A stretch of DNA of 63,772 nucleotides, filler included, from Bigelowiella natans CCMP2755 (lineage: Eukaryota; Protista; Cercozoa): the NCBI GenBank assembly GCA_000320545.1. It is 6 parts of 6 records of this genome, joined end to end, with 100 filler letters (N's around TTAATTAATTAA, not from the genome) between each part and the next. Parts side by side here need not be neighbours in the genome. Positions count along the whole stretch, not along the records: positions 9,997 to 36,539 come from ADNK01003132.1; positions 36,640 to 53,005 come from ADNK01001305.1; 4 more parts are not named here. One strand, 5' to 3'. This document shows, one piece after another, positions 31,658 to 47,044 of this stretch (positions are counted from its first letter, which is position 1; each line of letters begins with the position of its first letter). A program made the position numbers and the translations under genes. Below the pieces are notes generated by a model, which made no database searches, was not told the origin of the DNA, and saw only the letters and a program-made list of their open reading frames with translations.

Positions 31658-33064
31658 TGTCTCATCATCATTACTCACCAGAGTTCCCTCCACATTTCCA
31701 AACAAGCCGAAAATTACGGTACCAATCTTTAATTTTTGTAATGATTAAATCATTATTTTCGTTGGGAATCACGTATTTTGACTAATAACGGACGCCCATA
31801 CATATGCAAGCGTATATTCACAACTATCACCTTTGAATACTGATTCGAAGATTAACATTCGTAGTTTTTTGATATTCTATGGTAGTAGTTATCCTAAATT
31901 ACGATACATGTATGTTCTGGGAATTTGTGTTATGTTTCAAACGAATTCGCGTTTGTTTCATATGTATGCCCTGTGATCGGTCTTTGCAAAATTATATCAA
32001 TAAGATAACCTTTTTCCGTCTGCGAACGTGAACTAAACGCGACGATGTTTTATTCTTAGTTTCTTGATGTATAAAATAGTAGTAAGAAGTAGTAGTAGAA
32101 TTAGGAAGCAAGGGATACAAAAAATAATATAATTAATATAATTTGTGGTATTCAAGTCAAAGAGGTAGATTAAGTAACATTAATGCATGAACGAAGTATT
32201 GTTATTGTCTGCACATACCATTGTTATCATCTGCTTGTATTTCATCGGCATCCTTCACGATGCGGACAAATTTCTTTCGCACCTCAAACTCAAAAAAAGC
32301 TACATCGGTAATCTGTATAAAGAAACAATTATGAACTAATAAGTTAGATATTCTGTCATAATTCTCATTTAGGATATTCACTATAATAGTTTGCTGCTTT
32401 GCCGATCATTAATGAAAAATTTCCTGATTTTTATCTCGTTTCAGGAAATTCTTACTTAAATAGTAATTTATGTGTGTACGTGAGTGTGCGCGTACTTTGT
32501 GCTCTTATCATCCACTTCATAATAAGAATAATAATAATAATAATTATATGCATCATCATGATTTACATGCTACACAGACTGACTGTAAGATCGTGAGCAA
32601 CAGTCTCTCCCAGTTTAAATTCATCCCAAATCAAATACGTCTACATTATAGCAGATCACACACAAAACAGTATCATCTATCTCGCACAAAAAAGTGCATA
32701 CCACTTTTTGAGTTTAAATTCAAACGTGTTTAGCATTAGTAGAACTGCCAAAATTAGTAATGGAATAGAAAGAAAAAAATACTTAAAAGGTGGTATATTA
32801 ATTGACGAAAGGAGAGATGATGAGGTCATGCATCCAAATTAGAAGGAAGGGTAGGGGGAAAAAAGGCGACATAGATGTATTGATCATAGATAGCTGTTAT
32901 TGCGGCTTAAAGGAGGGAGGCATTTCGTAATCAATCATCAATGTACGCGTCATTGTCATCATCATCGTCATCATCATCATCATCATCATGTAATTTACTA
33001 CATTCTCCTTTTCGAGCTGAAGTTCAAAAATCCTTCTCTAAACAACAATAAAACACACACACAC

Positions 33065-33108
<44 letters not shown>

Positions 33109-33164
33109 AGTAAATATGTTGAGTAATGTTGGGGAAATATACATAATATATATGTACACATATA

Positions 33165-33199
<35 letters not shown>

Positions 33200-33413
33200 C
33201 AGACGACGAATACTTCCTCGAGATGAAAATGAGGAAGGGATTTAAAAGACAATAGTGATGATGTATAAATTAAGACATATGTGCAATGGAGATGATCAAT
33301 ACAAGGAGAGAAGGCACTTTCTTTTGCAACACAAATATGAATAAATACATACATACAGAAAAACTCATTAATGAATAGACAAGTTTTTTCTTAGCATAAT
33401 TTCTAAATAAATC

Positions 33414-33451
<38 letters not shown>

Positions 33452-33944
33452 CCTATATCGTCCAATTCAAAAGCCCATGAAGGATCATATGTTTTGACAG
33501 GGTATGCAAGTGTTTCATTGAATAAGATTTTCCCCTTTGCTAATTGTAATAGTATTAACTAATTATGATAACAATCATTCATATTGTTGGGACTCAATGC
33601 ACTAGCAATTTAACAAGAGCAGTTGCATCATCGCTATATTTATTCTCATCACTAATGGGTTGAAAAAGAAAATCAACAATACTACATTATTAACCCTAAA
33701 TCTTCCTTCTTACAACGACTACTATACTATTCACCTTTAATTATCACTTGATTTGGTCTTAGTACAAGCTCGATGTCTTTTGCTGGAAGCATCATGGGCA
33801 TGTATACAACATAAATCGGTGTCAAAGGAAGGGAAATATTCATTCTCATTCACTACTTAGTTGGAAATTGCTCCGCCTATATATCTGTGTAGTCATTTAT
33901 TATGTTATTCAAAAAGAGAGCAAAAGGAGAACACCATCATCATT

Positions 33945-33976
<32 letters not shown>

Positions 33977-35547
33977 TATCACCATTTGATAGTCAATTGG
34001 TCAGCACCGAAATTGTCTCCATCTTCCAGTCGATGACACAATACTATTTTACTCATAATAATAACAACAATAAAATAACCTTTCATATCAGGATCAGATA
34101 TTGGAACGTAGAGATTTACCTAGTAAAATAATGAAGAATGTCATCATAGAGGAGTAAATGAATGAATAAACAAATGTGGATTTGTTATTTATTATAGCAT
34201 AACGACGAAGATGATCTTTGACTCACTACCACGAGCAACCATGGCAGTAGAAAAGGAAGAGGAGGCTGCTGATGAGCTATGAGAAGAGTAGTAAAGTGTG
34301 TAATAATCTAAGTGGTAGTATTATTTTTATAATAATAAATTACGTCTGTTTTCGTCTGATCCCACCAGTAATCAGAGAATCTAGGATATTATGGTACATG
34401 GAGAAATAGTAGTAGTAGTATGAAGGAAGTGATGATTAGTAAGCACCATGATGAGAATGTTGATATTGGAGGAACAAAATTTAATGAATTCATAAATAGA
34501 ACACAAAATTATTTAAATGGACAACTATCCTCTCAAAAAAAGTGTTTTTGTTTCGAATCGAATAAGTTGTCACTACATAATGTGTAAAGAAAGGGTAGTA
34601 GTATTATGATTTCTCATCATGTATTTGGACATGTATGTGGCGTGTTGTTGCCATTTTTTTAGGTACTTCTACGTGTAATTATGCAGATCGTGCTAGTAGT
34701 GGAAGAAGAACGATAACATTTTGTATTGTGTGTTTATATATCTATTTACTTTTGTTTGTGCCTATGTGTGTGTCATCGGGTGCTCGAGAAATATCATATA
34801 TGTACGTGTGTGTGGGTGTGTGTGGGTGGTGTGTGTACTATTATCAGCATTATAATGTCATACCAAATATGTTATTATCATATACATGTGTACTACTATC
34901 AGCATTATATTGTCGTACCAAATAATTTATTATGGCTATTCTTATTTAATACCAAATCCTTTTGTATATAATTATTATTATCATCATATTTCTTATTCTT
35001 ATTATTGCTGATTGTTACTTATTGCCAAGTCCTCTTGGTTGAGTAATCTTCTGCTCAGATGGTACATAAGCATTTCGATTGGGGTCAAATCTTAGAGGAC
35101 CACCAGCCTAGCACAATGATCATATACCAGCATAAACGATTGATATGGTGGCTGCGATCGTAGTGGTGGTGGTGGTGGTGGTGGGGATGATGACTGTAAT
35201 GATGATGATGATGATAATAATGATGATGATGATGATAAGGATGATGATGATGGGTAAGTAGTAGCAGCTATTTTCTATATTGCCGATAAACAGGTTTGGT
35301 AATAATGGTAAGTGGCATCGTAACCGTTCTCATTTAAAACATATCCTTGATTTTATATTTTACCTGCATGTCGCCTCCTCCCCCTCCTCCTCCTCCTCCT
35401 CCAAATGGAATCAATGACAATCGTTTGCCACCTGCTTGCCTATTTCCTCCCTGCATCTTCGTATTCCAATTACATGGCTTATTCAAATGGAAACTATTCA
35501 CCAAGTGCTCAAATAACTGTTGGCGGTGTTGATGATCATGCTGCTGG
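28720..35547 (-). CDS. Gene of about 20 small exons encoding a CS (p23/NudC-like) domain fused to a divergent cyclophilin-like domain; 5' end uncertain
   Basis: Manual splicing gives a CS domain (FSDYWWDQTKTD/VNLYVPISDPDMK/AKDIELVLRPNQVIIK/AKGKILFNETLAYPVKTYDPSWAFELDDIG/RRIFELQLEKEN/TYLIWDEF) and a cyclophilin fold (ITDVAFFEFE..IGTVIFGLFGNVEGTL/VDYFKDLIRG..KIG/YNDSVIHRIEPAR/YLLGG..SMKGPGQI/GIV..HDTRFIIST..KSTQIGRVLQ/GMDIILEME../INEDGQPAFEFGICDC/GFL). Phases are consistent. Confidence 0.82.
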
Positions 35548-35571
35548 GCGATCAGGAACCTATGTGTGTGT

Positions 35572-35603
<32 letters not shown>

Positions 35604-36260
35604 CATATATGAAAATATGCATATATCGATAGAATAGGGAAAATGAGGATAACTAAGCATTAGCGATTGAACTAATTAGCTGCACCACCTACATACACAC
35701 GTGGGATATGACAACTCTCATTGGAGAGTGGGGCATGCTACATCATTTTGCTACATCATCATTTCTAACTAACCGCTGCATACTGACTGACTGACTGCTT
35801 ACCGTCTTTGAAGCAGAATCTCCTGTATGGGGTTATTCTTGGGCGAGATCATAGCGAAAATGATTAAAGAATTGAGAATGAGAAGAAAGACACCGTCGTA
35901 TCTCCTCCTCCTCCTTCTCCTCTCGATGGCTACTACGTGTTGTGTAGTGCTAGGACACTCACATGCCACCATGATCACGTTATTCTCTCCTTCCTGCTGT
36001 TCTGCTCTGCAAATCCTGTAGTATTAGAAGTAGTAACAGTGGTAGTAACAGCGAGTTGCAGTTGTAGTAGTAGTAATAGTGGTTGAGGGGAGGGGGAGGG
36101 CCAGTTGTATCTATCTCCACCACTTCCGAAATCCTATACGAATTTCTTTTTTTTCTTTCTACCAGGACTAGGACTACTACGACAAGAGCAGTATTTATGT
36201 CGTAAGTACTATATTCGCCTAGTATTTATGAAAGTTTAAAGTATTACCCGGTAGTGGCTG

Positions 36261-36419
36261 GCGGTATGATATGTTCCTCATAGCCCCTTCTCTCCTCTCC
36301 TCTCTCCCGGTAGGGTACTACTTTACTAACAGTCCCTTGCGGTATGATATGTTCCTCATAGCCCCTTCTCTCCTCCTCTCCTCTCTCCCTGTAGGGTACT
36401 ACTTCACTAGCAGTCCCTT
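36261..36419. repeat. 78-81-bp tandem duplication (2 copies)
   Basis: gcggtatgatatgttcctcatagccccttctc...tagggtactactt.acta.cagtccctt at 36261 and 36339; in frame on the minus strand (RRGYEEHIIP twice). Confidence 0.9.
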
Positions 36420-36467
36420 TGGGCAAGATTCTTCCCCTCTCGAGAGACCGCACTTACTTTTTGAGCT

Positions 36468-36513
<46 letters not shown>

Positions 36514-36639
36514 CTACGTACTACGTACGTACTACGTACNNNNNNNNNNNNNNNNNNNNNNNNNNNNNNNNNNNNNNNNNNNNTTAATTAATTAANNNNN
36601 NNNNNNNNNNNNNNNNNNNNNNNNNNNNNNNNNNNNNNN

Positions 36640-37049
36640 CCCCCCCCCCCCCCCACTACTACGCTGCTAATCCTGTCCTCGATGGAAGAGCCTCTGCCCC
36701 CTCTCCCCCCCCCTCCCCCGCTTCCAAAGTCTATCACAGTGCCACCTGAGGGGAGTGCGAGCAATCGTCAAACGGGTGAGATATACCATCATGATCTTCC
36801 AACCCCCTTCTCCTCGCCAAACCAAGAAACCTCGACTCCCACAACATAATGTGTACATGGTTGTTGTTGTTGTTGCTGCTGCTGCTGCTGCTACTACTAC
36901 TACTACTACTACAGCCTATTACCGGGGCCTCCCATCTGTACGACAACACGCCCGCCCTGTGGTGGTTGAGCATTAGCAATCAATCATCACTTCACATGTC
37001 AAAAGAGAACAACACAAAAAAGCAACCAACGTACGCCAAAATACGCCCT

Positions 37050-37087
<38 letters not shown>

Positions 37088-37658
37088 TCTCTCCCCCCCC
37101 TTCCCTCCCGCACTGCCTCCTCTTATCGAATACACCGAACATGAATGTAGCGCCTCCCACGCGCCCAACCGACACGTGGTTTGCTGGTGTATATCCCAGA
37201 CGGGCCGCCGTAGCGGTAAGAAACACGACGGCACACCATCCCGCTGGTACGATGAATACATGCCGTTTTATCTCTTATTATTATTTATTATAACCATACC
37301 CCTCCTCCTCCAAACATTGAGAATGGGTCCTGAGAAGCGCAACAAAGACCATGGTGATTGATTGATTGATTGATTGATTGGTTGGTTGATAATGGCACCA
37401 CGATGATCATGTATGATGACACACGAAGGAGAAGAGAAGGAAGAAGATGAGGAAGAAGAAGAAGAAGGAGAAGAAGAACTCTGGTAGCTATAATCCCGCG
37501 CACGGGGTCAACCTTTCCGCCAAAGAAAGAGTCGAAAATTCCTTGCGCGTCCTTATGTAGTTAAAGATGATTTCGTGTGGGAGAGGGGGTAGAGATATCA
37601 GGATGGGAAGACGGCACCATTTATAACCCCCCTCCCCCCCCCCACACCTAACACATTA

Positions 37659-37716
<58 letters not shown>

Positions 37717-38022
37717 TATGCAGATACATATAATTACAAGCACTCATGCACGCATATTTGAAACTCAATACGAACAGATTTACATTGAAGCTGAACTCCT
37801 GCCCCCCGCCTCCACCTCCCATCATTTCGGGGTCGAAGGAAAATCCTGGGCTGCTCTTGCCGTCCCAGCCGGGGGGGGCACCCATTTTATCGTTTTCTAT
37901 GCCCTGCTTGCCATAGTCGTCGTAAATCTTGCGCAACCTCTCGTCAGAGAGACAGTGATACGCCTCCCCGATCTTCTTGAACGATGCCGTTCTCCTGTGG
38001 AGTGTGTGCACAAGTGCGTGAG

Positions 38023-38111
<89 letters not shown>

Positions 38112-38935
38112 ACCGGTAGCATATGATGCCTACCTCTTCTTTTCCACGGGATCGAGTGTCTTATCGGGGTGCTCTTTGATAGCAAGCTGCGGCGGGTGAT
38201 TATGAAAAAGTGGTGGCAAAAAATGAGTCATCGGTGTTTGCCAATAGCTCTTCCGTAGCATCACGAGAGTCAGGTTCATGACGATTAAAAAGTGCACCAC
38301 CTTCCTGTACGCTTTCTTTACATCGTCTATTGTGGCCGACTTCTGGAGGCCCAATGTTTTGTAATACTCCATGTCGCATGCCCCACCTCGCAGCCTTACC
38401 ATCTTCGATTCAATGCGTTCAAGGGTGGGTGCGGACCCGCGACACTTTTGTTGTTGCGAAATCTGATGAAAATGCCGATCGTAGTGTTGGGAGGCGCTGC
38501 TGCTATTGGACCCACATCCAACTTCCTTCGCCACGCGTGAGCCTGAGCCATCAGTTATGGCGCAATGTGAAGGGGATTATTGGGAGCGAAGAAAGGGTAG
38601 CAGGCATGAGGGAAAACACTGTGTGTTTACCACATCAACCTACTGCTAACAGAATGAGACATTGAATGGCAGAAGACGCCACACGAAAACATCACTGTCT
38701 TCTCAACTCCTCTTCTTATGCTTCAAACCAGAACAAGAATCGAAAAACTTGTCATGGCTCTTCGGTTCGATGATGATCTATTGAAATGTATCATACCTCC
38801 CTGACCAACTATCGCAATGAGAATCGCTGACCACACTAGAAAGTGCACCAATCCCCCCCTCCAGCACAGGATACCATCCCGTCGGTGGAGATGGTGACGG
38901 TTGCCGCGAAGACAATCACCGATGTTCATTCGCAT
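36640..38935 (-). CDS. Class B DnaJ/Hsp40 (J-domain + G/F region) with an N-terminal signal-like and transit-like extension; 3' end lost at the gap
   Basis: EYYKTLGLQKSATIDDVKKAYRK/LAIKEHPDK.../FKKIGEAYHCLSDERLRKIYDDYG, then G/F-rich DAQGIFDSFFGG and DPFSMFGGGG. Leader exon 38935-38797 splices in frame to 38542. Confidence 0.9.
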
Positions 38936-40684
38936 CTTTACCCCTGCGAAGGATCTTGAATACGAATCATTATGATCTGCGTATGGATAAACGAATTGGT
39001 TCGTCAATGGTGCCGTGAATCAATGTTGTTCTACTAGTCTTCCATGAAAGCACGCTGAGCGTGTGCGTGCTCGAAGAGGCGAACCCTGTTTGACGCCATT
39101 GTACGTACGATAACATGTACCAAAAAATTCCAACTTATTATCATAATTGTAATCGTTTTCAATTTGAAAAGAAATCGGCATCTTTCTTCAGTGCCCTGGG
39201 ATGCACGAAAAACGAGATCGACATTCGCTAGAATCAACCCAGGAGCTACCATCGAGGGATTTCAAAAGGCAAACTTTCGGGGAAGTAAGCGGAATGATTC
39301 GATAGAAAAGCGTATAGGAAAAACAAAAGAGTGGGAAAATATCCCGTAATAGGCATTCGATGTTCGCGCATGGAGTTCGCTGATTGAGCTCGCACCGCAA
39401 GGCCAGAAGCCATTTACTCAAAAGACAGACCCGTAAATCCAACCGAATTTTGTCGCTTTCTTGGAAAAACATTATATTTTTATGTGCGTCAATCAAATAA
39501 TGTAGGCGTTTACCTTAACTTCGCGGACATTTGTAAACATTTGAAATTTCGCGGATTGCATGCTGCCAGAGGCCTCCGACCAACCGCTCGAATTCCCTGA
39601 GAATCCAGACTTTGTATCAAAATCTGTACACTTTCTATGTAAATTATCCCCTTGTTATCTCTTGTTAATCACCAAGTAATCCTGTCGTCCAAAATATTCA
39701 TAACTTTTCTATAAACAATATTGGTCACTCTAAAAAATATATGTATTCTGAATGTCTATAAGTATAGCTCTCATCTATATTCTTTGTCTACGTCTTGCAT
39801 ACTTTCCAGTCGTTTAATAAATTATTTGAAAAAATGGCAATTTTCTGACAATAAAGGATAAATGTAATAAACGACAACCATGAATGACAATTGACGAACA
39901 AGCTTTCTGTCGCGCCAAAGCCTTTGCTTTCAACGAAAAACTGATGTATGACGAATAATTATTTTAGAAAACTATTATTTGGTATATATCCCTGATTTCA
40001 ATCATAAATATAATTCGGTCTGCAACTCTATTATTCGGCACATCGTTGGCAGTTTTGTTGGGGGGACGAGGGAAGAATCAGTTTCTTGGCAAGGTTTTAC
40101 TCAATATGTACTAGATTTTTCACTATTCTAGACACATATGGCCGTATAAATGATTAAATCCCCCTTAAACGTATTACGTGCCATCCACTCAAACTTGAGC
40201 CAAAATTCAGATATTAATTATGCAAATAAGTAGCAAGAAGCTTTAACTAATTTCAAATATTTACAATATAATTTAGTGTATATAAAAAAATATCCTACAA
40301 TCTGTTTACACTTACAGTGTTTTTAATAATAAAACGATCTGAATCTGAAATTAAGATTTATTTAACTCTATTGGTTAATAAATTTTATTGTTAAATTTGA
40401 GAATAGATTGTTAAAATGTTATAATTATAATGTAAATCTCATTAATGACCTTTATTCAAGCGAATATCTGCGGATGTTTCAAAATATATAAGTTTTAATA
40501 AAGGATATTTGAATTTCAGTTTATTTTTCCTTTTCTGTGATAAATGTAACTCAATTTTTTTTGGGTTTTTATGGCTCTATTTTGAGGGTTTTCCATGTCG
40601 CTGTGACAGAATGGATAAAAAAAAATGAACACCGTTATTTCCATCACGGTCGCGTTGATTCTGACATGACGAAAATCAGGGTGA

Positions 40685-42121
<1,437 letters not shown>

Positions 42122-43219
42122 ATGCTCTGAGAATTTAAACGCTTGTGTGTCATTTTGCCTTATTTTTAGCGTCATAAGCCTAAAACCGTCAAATATTCGA
42201 ACATGGCAATTTTGCCACTTCAATATGTCATTCGCTTTGTGCATTTGCTATAATCGCTCTAGCGCTTCTCATGGCATCCATAAATGTAAACCCGAGCACA
42301 ATAGCTGACATGCGCTTAAATTGTACTCCAGCTCATTTGCTCACGTAGTGCTAGCTAGAGTGTGAGAATCTACTCACCCACCGTCGAATACTTAGCTTCG
42401 GTGCTGAAAAGATGTCGAAAAGATTTTTCTGCTACAGCCAGCATGGGAGGATGACATGCAACTGCAACAATTGAAAACAAATTCCAGCACGCCACAGCTA
42501 GCTAGCTAGGCACGTGGTGCACACTGCACAGCTCCGTCAAACCCCGCTAGCCCGGCTAGCCGGCAACGACGGGTTTGTGAACAGTGCAGCGCTTTGAAGC
42601 AGCAGTTGCAGTTGGTCGATCAAAGAAAAATCATCAGATAGAACTTGTCCGATGGCCAAACTAGCAAACCTCAAAAAATGACCGAAACGTTGGACCCGCA
42701 TCTGGAAATGTCCATTGTTTTCAAGGCCTCGATCAGTGAGCGCGCAAAGTGTGAAAATGCCACACCCGTCTAGCCGTTGTGCAGAGGATGCACGCTGCGC
42801 GTTTGTTCTCTGCCACATTTTGAATGCTTTTGCGCGTGTGTTTGACCAATCTTCATGTGCACGAAAAATTTCAAAGAAATGCGAGCAAATCCAATGTCCA
42901 TGACATCACATGACGCGCTTGGTCGCGCGCAAAAGCTTCCAAATGCATGTTCTGGCGATTCGTTACAGGTTTGACGGAGCTGTGGTAGACATGCATGCTG
43001 CACCACATGCGTGTGCGACTGATCACACATGTTCATTGTTGTCGTCCACTCATCTATGATTATTAGGAGACGTACACACCAGCTGCACAATAATGATACT
43101 AATAATGCAGTGATCACTAGGTAAATGATAAAGTTATTTTCGATAGTAAGAATCGACAAGCTTCACTAAAAGCTTCAAGTTAATTAAATATCCACGTCGC
43201 GTGTTAAATACACACAAAT

Positions 43220-43233
43220 ACACACACACACAC

Positions 43234-43300
<67 letters not shown>
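43220..43300. repeat. Compound microsatellite palindrome (CA)n-TG-(TA)n-CA-(TG)n
   Basis: The sequence is self-complementary around the central (TA)n. Confidence 0.9.
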
Positions 43301-43302
<2 letters not shown>

Positions 43303-44215
43303 ATATAAACTTAATATAAACTAACGTGTGTGCTTTATAAGTTAAAATAATAATTAGAACATATGATGACCAATAATAATAACAATAGTAATAATGTGAC
43401 TTATGTCTCTATCGTAAAACACATCTTATCCAGTGTGTATTCTTTTTAAATCTAGACCGGCTTATTAAGCTGGTCAAGCTACTATTACGCCGGACGAGCA
43501 GTTTGAGATGACGCAATCAACTTCAGAAGCGCCCACATCACAGGATTGGACTCCGACAACAAACACCACTCTCATGTTGCATACATGAGTGAAGCAAGAG
43601 ATATAATACGACGGTACAAATAACGCGAAAGTCAAAATATTTTTGTTACAGAACACACTAAATGAAAGCACCGATGCTTACGCTGGCGATAACGAGAAAA
43701 TGTGAACTTAAGTTCGTTCGTTATTTGGCTGCAAAACCCAACTATAGAAGACGCAGTTAATTCAGAATGATAACGATGACGGAGACGAAAAGATAATGAC
43801 CGATTGGGAATGTTTATGTGTGATGATAGTAGTAGAAGTGGTGCTGTTCTTTAACTATACGTTTTGGCTGGTGATGGAAAGTGAAGGCAGTAAGATGTGA
43901 TGACATGGGTATCGTTGTCTAAATCAATAAGAGAGCGCTAGCGAATAGGAACAGGTGGGAAGAATAAATAGGTCGCAGGAGCTCAGGAACGGGCTGATGG
44001 CTTGCACTGCCTCACACACCAACCAACCATGCGCAACAGCACCCAGTCCAAAGGAGAGTGAAGATTGAAGATAGATAGATAGATAGAGAGAGAGAGCGAG
44101 AGAGAGGAGGATATAAATCCAAGGTGCGATGTTTTGAATAATGGCCTGTTGGCAGCAAATGTGCTTACATCTCCATTCGACCATTCATCTATCCCCTCCC
44201 CTCCTCTCCCCCCTC

Positions 44216-44904
44216 CTAGTTGTCATCTCTAGGGCTACTGCTGCCAGTAGGTTCTCCTCCAGACACAGCGATGCACTTGAATGGAGCTCCGCTTCGGAAG
44301 TCAAAAGCGGCATAAACGTCATGGATGTCATCGGTCGTTAACGCCTGCACCACCTCAGAAAAGCTGTGAAAGAAGAAGAAGAAGAAGAAGAAGAAGAAGA
44401 AGAACACGACGAAGAAGAAGTCACGAAGCAAAATCAATCGGACGTCGCGTCGTAGGAGGGAGTAGGGCGGTACGGTTGATGGGTGCACGCTCATGATAGA
44501 AGCACACTAGTAAGCCAACGACAAAGAGAGGGGGAGAACACTCTTCATTACCATGGAAGTGCGACGATATGAATGGCACAGGGAGGGGGAACAACTACAA
44601 TCACCACGCCGCTACTCCGTGCTGCTGCTGCTACTACTACTACCATTACTACACTTACTCTGTTACGATGCGGAGATCCTTCTTTGGTATATCGTCTGCT
44701 TGGACACCGGCAAGCAGCTCTAGCCAGTAGTGATTACTCGAAAGTGAGTTTTCATGCTGGCGATGATGAGGGAGGGGTCCACATATGAGTGGGTTGTCGA
44801 TTAATGCAACAAATTAGAGAAGTTGTGCAAATAAAAGCAGCAGCAAATGATACACGACAAAGCACCAGATAGTAGCAGCGGGTGAGCTATGCTCGGGATA
44901 GGAT

Positions 44905-44944
<40 letters not shown>

Positions 44945-46444
44945 TATATTATAATATGCACTAATATTTATAACACCCGCTACCTGCGCAACCACGAACC
45001 GCTTTGCATCTTCCAGCTAACAATCGAGAACAAATGACACCAATCAATGTATCAATCAATCCACCCACAACAGCGACTGACTACCAACCAACGAGAGGAG
45101 AGACAAGATCAAAAGCCTCTTTTGCTGCGCGCATATCATGGAAATTGCTCGTCCATAACCATCATAGTCAGCTGGCAGCATGCACGGTGACCACTGTGAT
45201 TAGACCTGGCTACTCGTCGCGCGAAACCTCCTCAAAACCCCCTCACAGGCGTCCACAGCTCGCTCCACGTTCTGACCATTGTGGTGGTATACGTGACAAA
45301 ATGATAGTGAGAGGATGGAAGGGGCCGGGGGGGGGAGGGGGGGAAAGGGGAGCGAACAAGAACGGAAAAAAAAAGAGAATGAAGGCGTAACCACAAAATG
45401 ATCTAATTAGCGGTGGGATTTGCGAGTGTTGTTATCATCATCACCTCCGGCCTTGAGTGAACGAACACAATCCATTCGTTGTTTGTCCCACTTCTCTCAG
45501 CCTGGCCAATCTCGAGCTTTACGTGATACGTCAGCGATAACGTGTCTCTCACAATGATGAATAGCTCATTATTCAGCATACGCTCCAACACCGCAATGGC
45601 GCCATAAACGTACCTGACATCAAAGGCGATGAGGAGATATGGATTAGCAGGAGATTTTGGGTTAGGTTAGTTTTATTTGTTGTTTTGCCCGGACATACCG
45701 AGCGTTTTTGCGCTATTTCGACGAAATCATGGCAACAAGACGCACGCACGCACGCACGCACACGATTTTTTGTTTCCCCTCCCTTCTTTCAGAACTTCTC
45801 CCTACCTCCCTCCCTCCCTCTCTTTTTCTTCTTCTTCTTCGGCTCTTAAATAGTAGTTGGATAATACAGGGGATGTGCTCTGCGAGCTGGCGGCAATGGC
45901 GACGAATCCGTAGATGACAAGGCTGTTCGTCGTGTATATCCATCATTCTCCTCCTCCTTCTCTGCACCGCTGGCCACAGGATGGTGGAAAGGGCTGCTGA
46001 CGGAGGACGACGAGACTAACGATGGAGAAGAACCATCCTGCTTATTACGCCTGGAAGCTTCCTCCGGTGTAGATACGGCGATGCCCGTGGAATTGAAGGC
46101 GTCGTCTCTGTCCTCCCTTTTCCTTGCCTTCTCCCTCCGCCTCCTCCAGCTGCTGCTGCTGCTGCTACTTTCAGCCACCGAAGAGCTGGTCCTCTGCGCA
46201 CCTCCCTCCTCCTCCTCCTCCTCCTCCTCCTCCTCCTCCTCTCGAGCTATTGTCCTCTCCCTTCTCCGTTGCAGAGCGTCACCAAAGGCCCCGCCGAGCC
46301 ACACGCCCGTTTCGCTATCGAAGGGCTCTTGGAAGTGGTGAGGGGGGGAGGCATCATCATCGTGATCCCTCTTGGCGCTCATACCCCACCGGTTGGGAGC
46401 AAAACCACCGATATACCTAGTGTATTTGCCTTTATTTCTCTCTC

Positions 46445-46481
<37 letters not shown>

Positions 46482-46991
46482 TCTTGGCTCGTGTTTTTGT
46501 CTTTTTGTTCCGCGAGGGAAGAATGGAGAGGGGGAAGGGGGGGAAGGGGGGGAGGGAATAGAGGAGCTTCCTCATTGAAAATTACAACATCAACTACTAC
46601 AATTATCAATTATCACCCGATGGCTCTCCGCTGTGAGTCTGGTAATTCGACTCGCTGCTCGCGTCGGCGGTCATCAGGAATGAGGAGGTGGTTGCGAAGA
46701 GGGTGGTGGTGGTGAGGAGGAGGAGGATGGTGATGATCATGGCCACCATGGCCACTTGGTGATGACGAAGAAGGGACGGCTATCGATGATGACGACGACG
46801 ACGATGATGATGATGACGATAGCGGCACTGATGGCGGAATTGTCCCGAGGTAGGTGAAGAGAAGCGCCTCCATTCCCTGCATATTGAAGTCGCCAACGAC
46901 TACTATCTGCATTCATCATCGGTTTTATATGAGAAAACACACGGCTTCAAGATTGCCATGCTGCAGCTGCTTATTTTAACAAATCACCCGA

Positions 46992-47044
<53 letters not shown>

